This document shows, piece by piece, positions 63,044-64,000 of a stretch of 64,000 nucleotides of DNA; within the stretch, counting starts at the first letter, position 1, and each line of letters opens with the position of its first letter. This stretch comes from Candidatus Woesearchaeota archaeon. GTDB taxonomy: Archaea; Nanobdellota; Nanobdellia; Pacearchaeales; GW2011-AR1. The notes beneath the pieces are model-generated. The model had not been told where the DNA came from. It worked only from the letters and a program-made list of their open reading frames with translations, and did not search any database. Position numbers and translations under genes: made by a program. The stretch covers positions 212-64,211 of the forward strand of contig CAZTCF010000002.1 of NCBI GenBank assembly GCA_964612685.1, written 5' to 3'.

Positions 63044-64000
63044 TTAAGTAATATATCCTACCCTATAAGGAGGATTAATATTCAACGTAGGGTCTCCAAT
63101 TAATGTTACCATATATCTCCATCTTTCTTGAATATCTCCAAACACTTTGTTCTTGTATGCGGTTCCCATTGCCTGCCCAAGACTCATACTTGAAGTATAA
63201 GCATCCCCATGATAAACTCCATTTATAAAATCAGAATAAACTGGACCAGTCATAGTCATACTAACCCCAACAGATCCTGCATACCCTATTGCCCCATTCC
63301 TTATGACCCATGCCCAAAAAGAATAATCAGTATATACTGACGCGGTTAAACAAGCATCAGCAACAACTAAAGAGTTTTTTAAGTTGGGAATCTGCCAATA
63401 ATTAATTCCAGCCCAACCCTTGTCCCCGTGATCTGCATAAAAGATTAGATTATAATCATACTTGCTCCACAACGCCGGATCAAAACTAAATGAATCGTAA
63501 ATGTATTTCTCATCTATAGTATATCCCGCATCTTGAAATGAATCCGACATTCTTTTTACACTTTCCATTCCATCCCAAACATCACCCATCTCATAACTGC
63601 TCCCCATAAAAAGAGCATTATCCTCTGGTAATAAAGAGTTATAAAATAAACTCCTTGAAATATAGCTTGAAACATCTGAGATAGTTAAACCCATAATCCT
63701 CCCCACATAAAAATAACTCCCATAATCTGCATATAAATTTTGATCAAGAGCTATGTATATGTCTTCTTTTTGACTTCCTATGCTTATTGGATCGTCAATT
63801 GTCGTATAAGTATACATCCTATGTTCTATGGCATTAGGAGCTGCAACAATAGTAAGATATCTTGGGTTAAGACTTAAATCCTTAGGATATTCATGAACAT
63901 AACTTGCTAAAATAGAATCCCCTCCCACCAAATTTGAAGGCCTTTCTCTTCCGTCCAAAGAAGACCCGTAAGACAAAGCACGACTAGAAGTGAGAATTAA
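63044..64000 (-). CDS. Cysteine peptidase-like protein (C25 gingipain / clostripain-fold His...Cys dyad), partial; N-terminus beyond the window end
   Basis: IFYADHGDKGWAG (His) ... LVVADACLTAS (Cys) spacing as in C25/C11 peptidases. The reading frame stays open past 63976 to the window edge (the track start there is a TTG). Confidence 0.45.
   Translation of the reverse strand, partial: LILTSSRALSYGSSLDGRERPSNLVGGDSILASYVHEYPKDLSLNPRYLTIVAAPNAIEHRMYTYTTIDDPISIGSQKEDIYIALDQNLYADYGSYFYVGRIMGLTISDVSSYISRSLFYNSLLPEDNALFMGSSYEMGDVWDGMESVKRMSDSFQDAGYTIDEKYIYDSFSFDPALWSKYDYNLIFYADHGDKGWAGINYWQIPNLKNSLVVADACLTASVYTDYSFWAWVIRNGAIGYAGSVGVSMTMTGPVYSDFINGVYHGDAYTSSMSLGQAMGTAYKNKVFGDIQERWRYMVTLIGDPTLNINPPYRVGYIT

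Overview
This is a low-GC (about 30%), gene-dense window that reads as archaeal, most likely a DPANN-type lineage. The archaeal calls rest on recognisable informational genes: archaeal-type GlyRS, RadA, RPA, aEF-1beta, aIF-2alpha, ribosomal proteins eS17 and uS15/S13e, Bud32 (KEOPS kinase), a GAN/RecJ-like DHH protein, an archaeal-type TIM, a class I (DhnA-type) aldolase, and an intron-containing tRNA-Gln. Several enzymes look bacterial (type I GAPDH, PfkB kinase).

Main content:
(1) A giant surface-protein gene on the minus strand (1..9016, more than 3005 codons, running off the window). It has an N-terminal TM anchor, acidic tandem repeats, a Gly-rich tract and duplicated parallel beta-helix modules. 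It is missing from the ORF track because it is incomplete.
(2) A sugar-salvage and lower-glycolysis island (GH130 x2, six-hairpin GH, GT4, PIG-L deacetylase, NagB-like, PfkB, FBA, TIM, GAPDH, PGK).
(3) A RelE-like toxin pair followed by a standalone Cas4-like Fe-S nuclease, with no CRISPR array.
(4) Three co-oriented genes (a C-terminally anchored secreted protein, a membrane-anchored serpin, and hydA) that each end in the same roughly 35-55 nt conserved element, giving a cassette-like arrangement.
(5) A hydC-hydB-sORF-hydA operon encoding a NuoE/NuoF-linked [FeFe]-hydrogenase with all three H-cluster motifs.
(6) A complete type IV pilus-like locus: FlaI/GspE-like ATPase, polytopic platform protein, about nine tandem prepilin-like genes (two of them unlisted sORFs), and a prepilin peptidase.
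(7) Two tRNAs (Met-CAT, and Gln-TTG with a 27-nt intron) plus assorted housekeeping genes.

No rRNA, CRISPR array or obvious transposase was seen. All functional calls are from motif recognition by eye and need a homology search to confirm.
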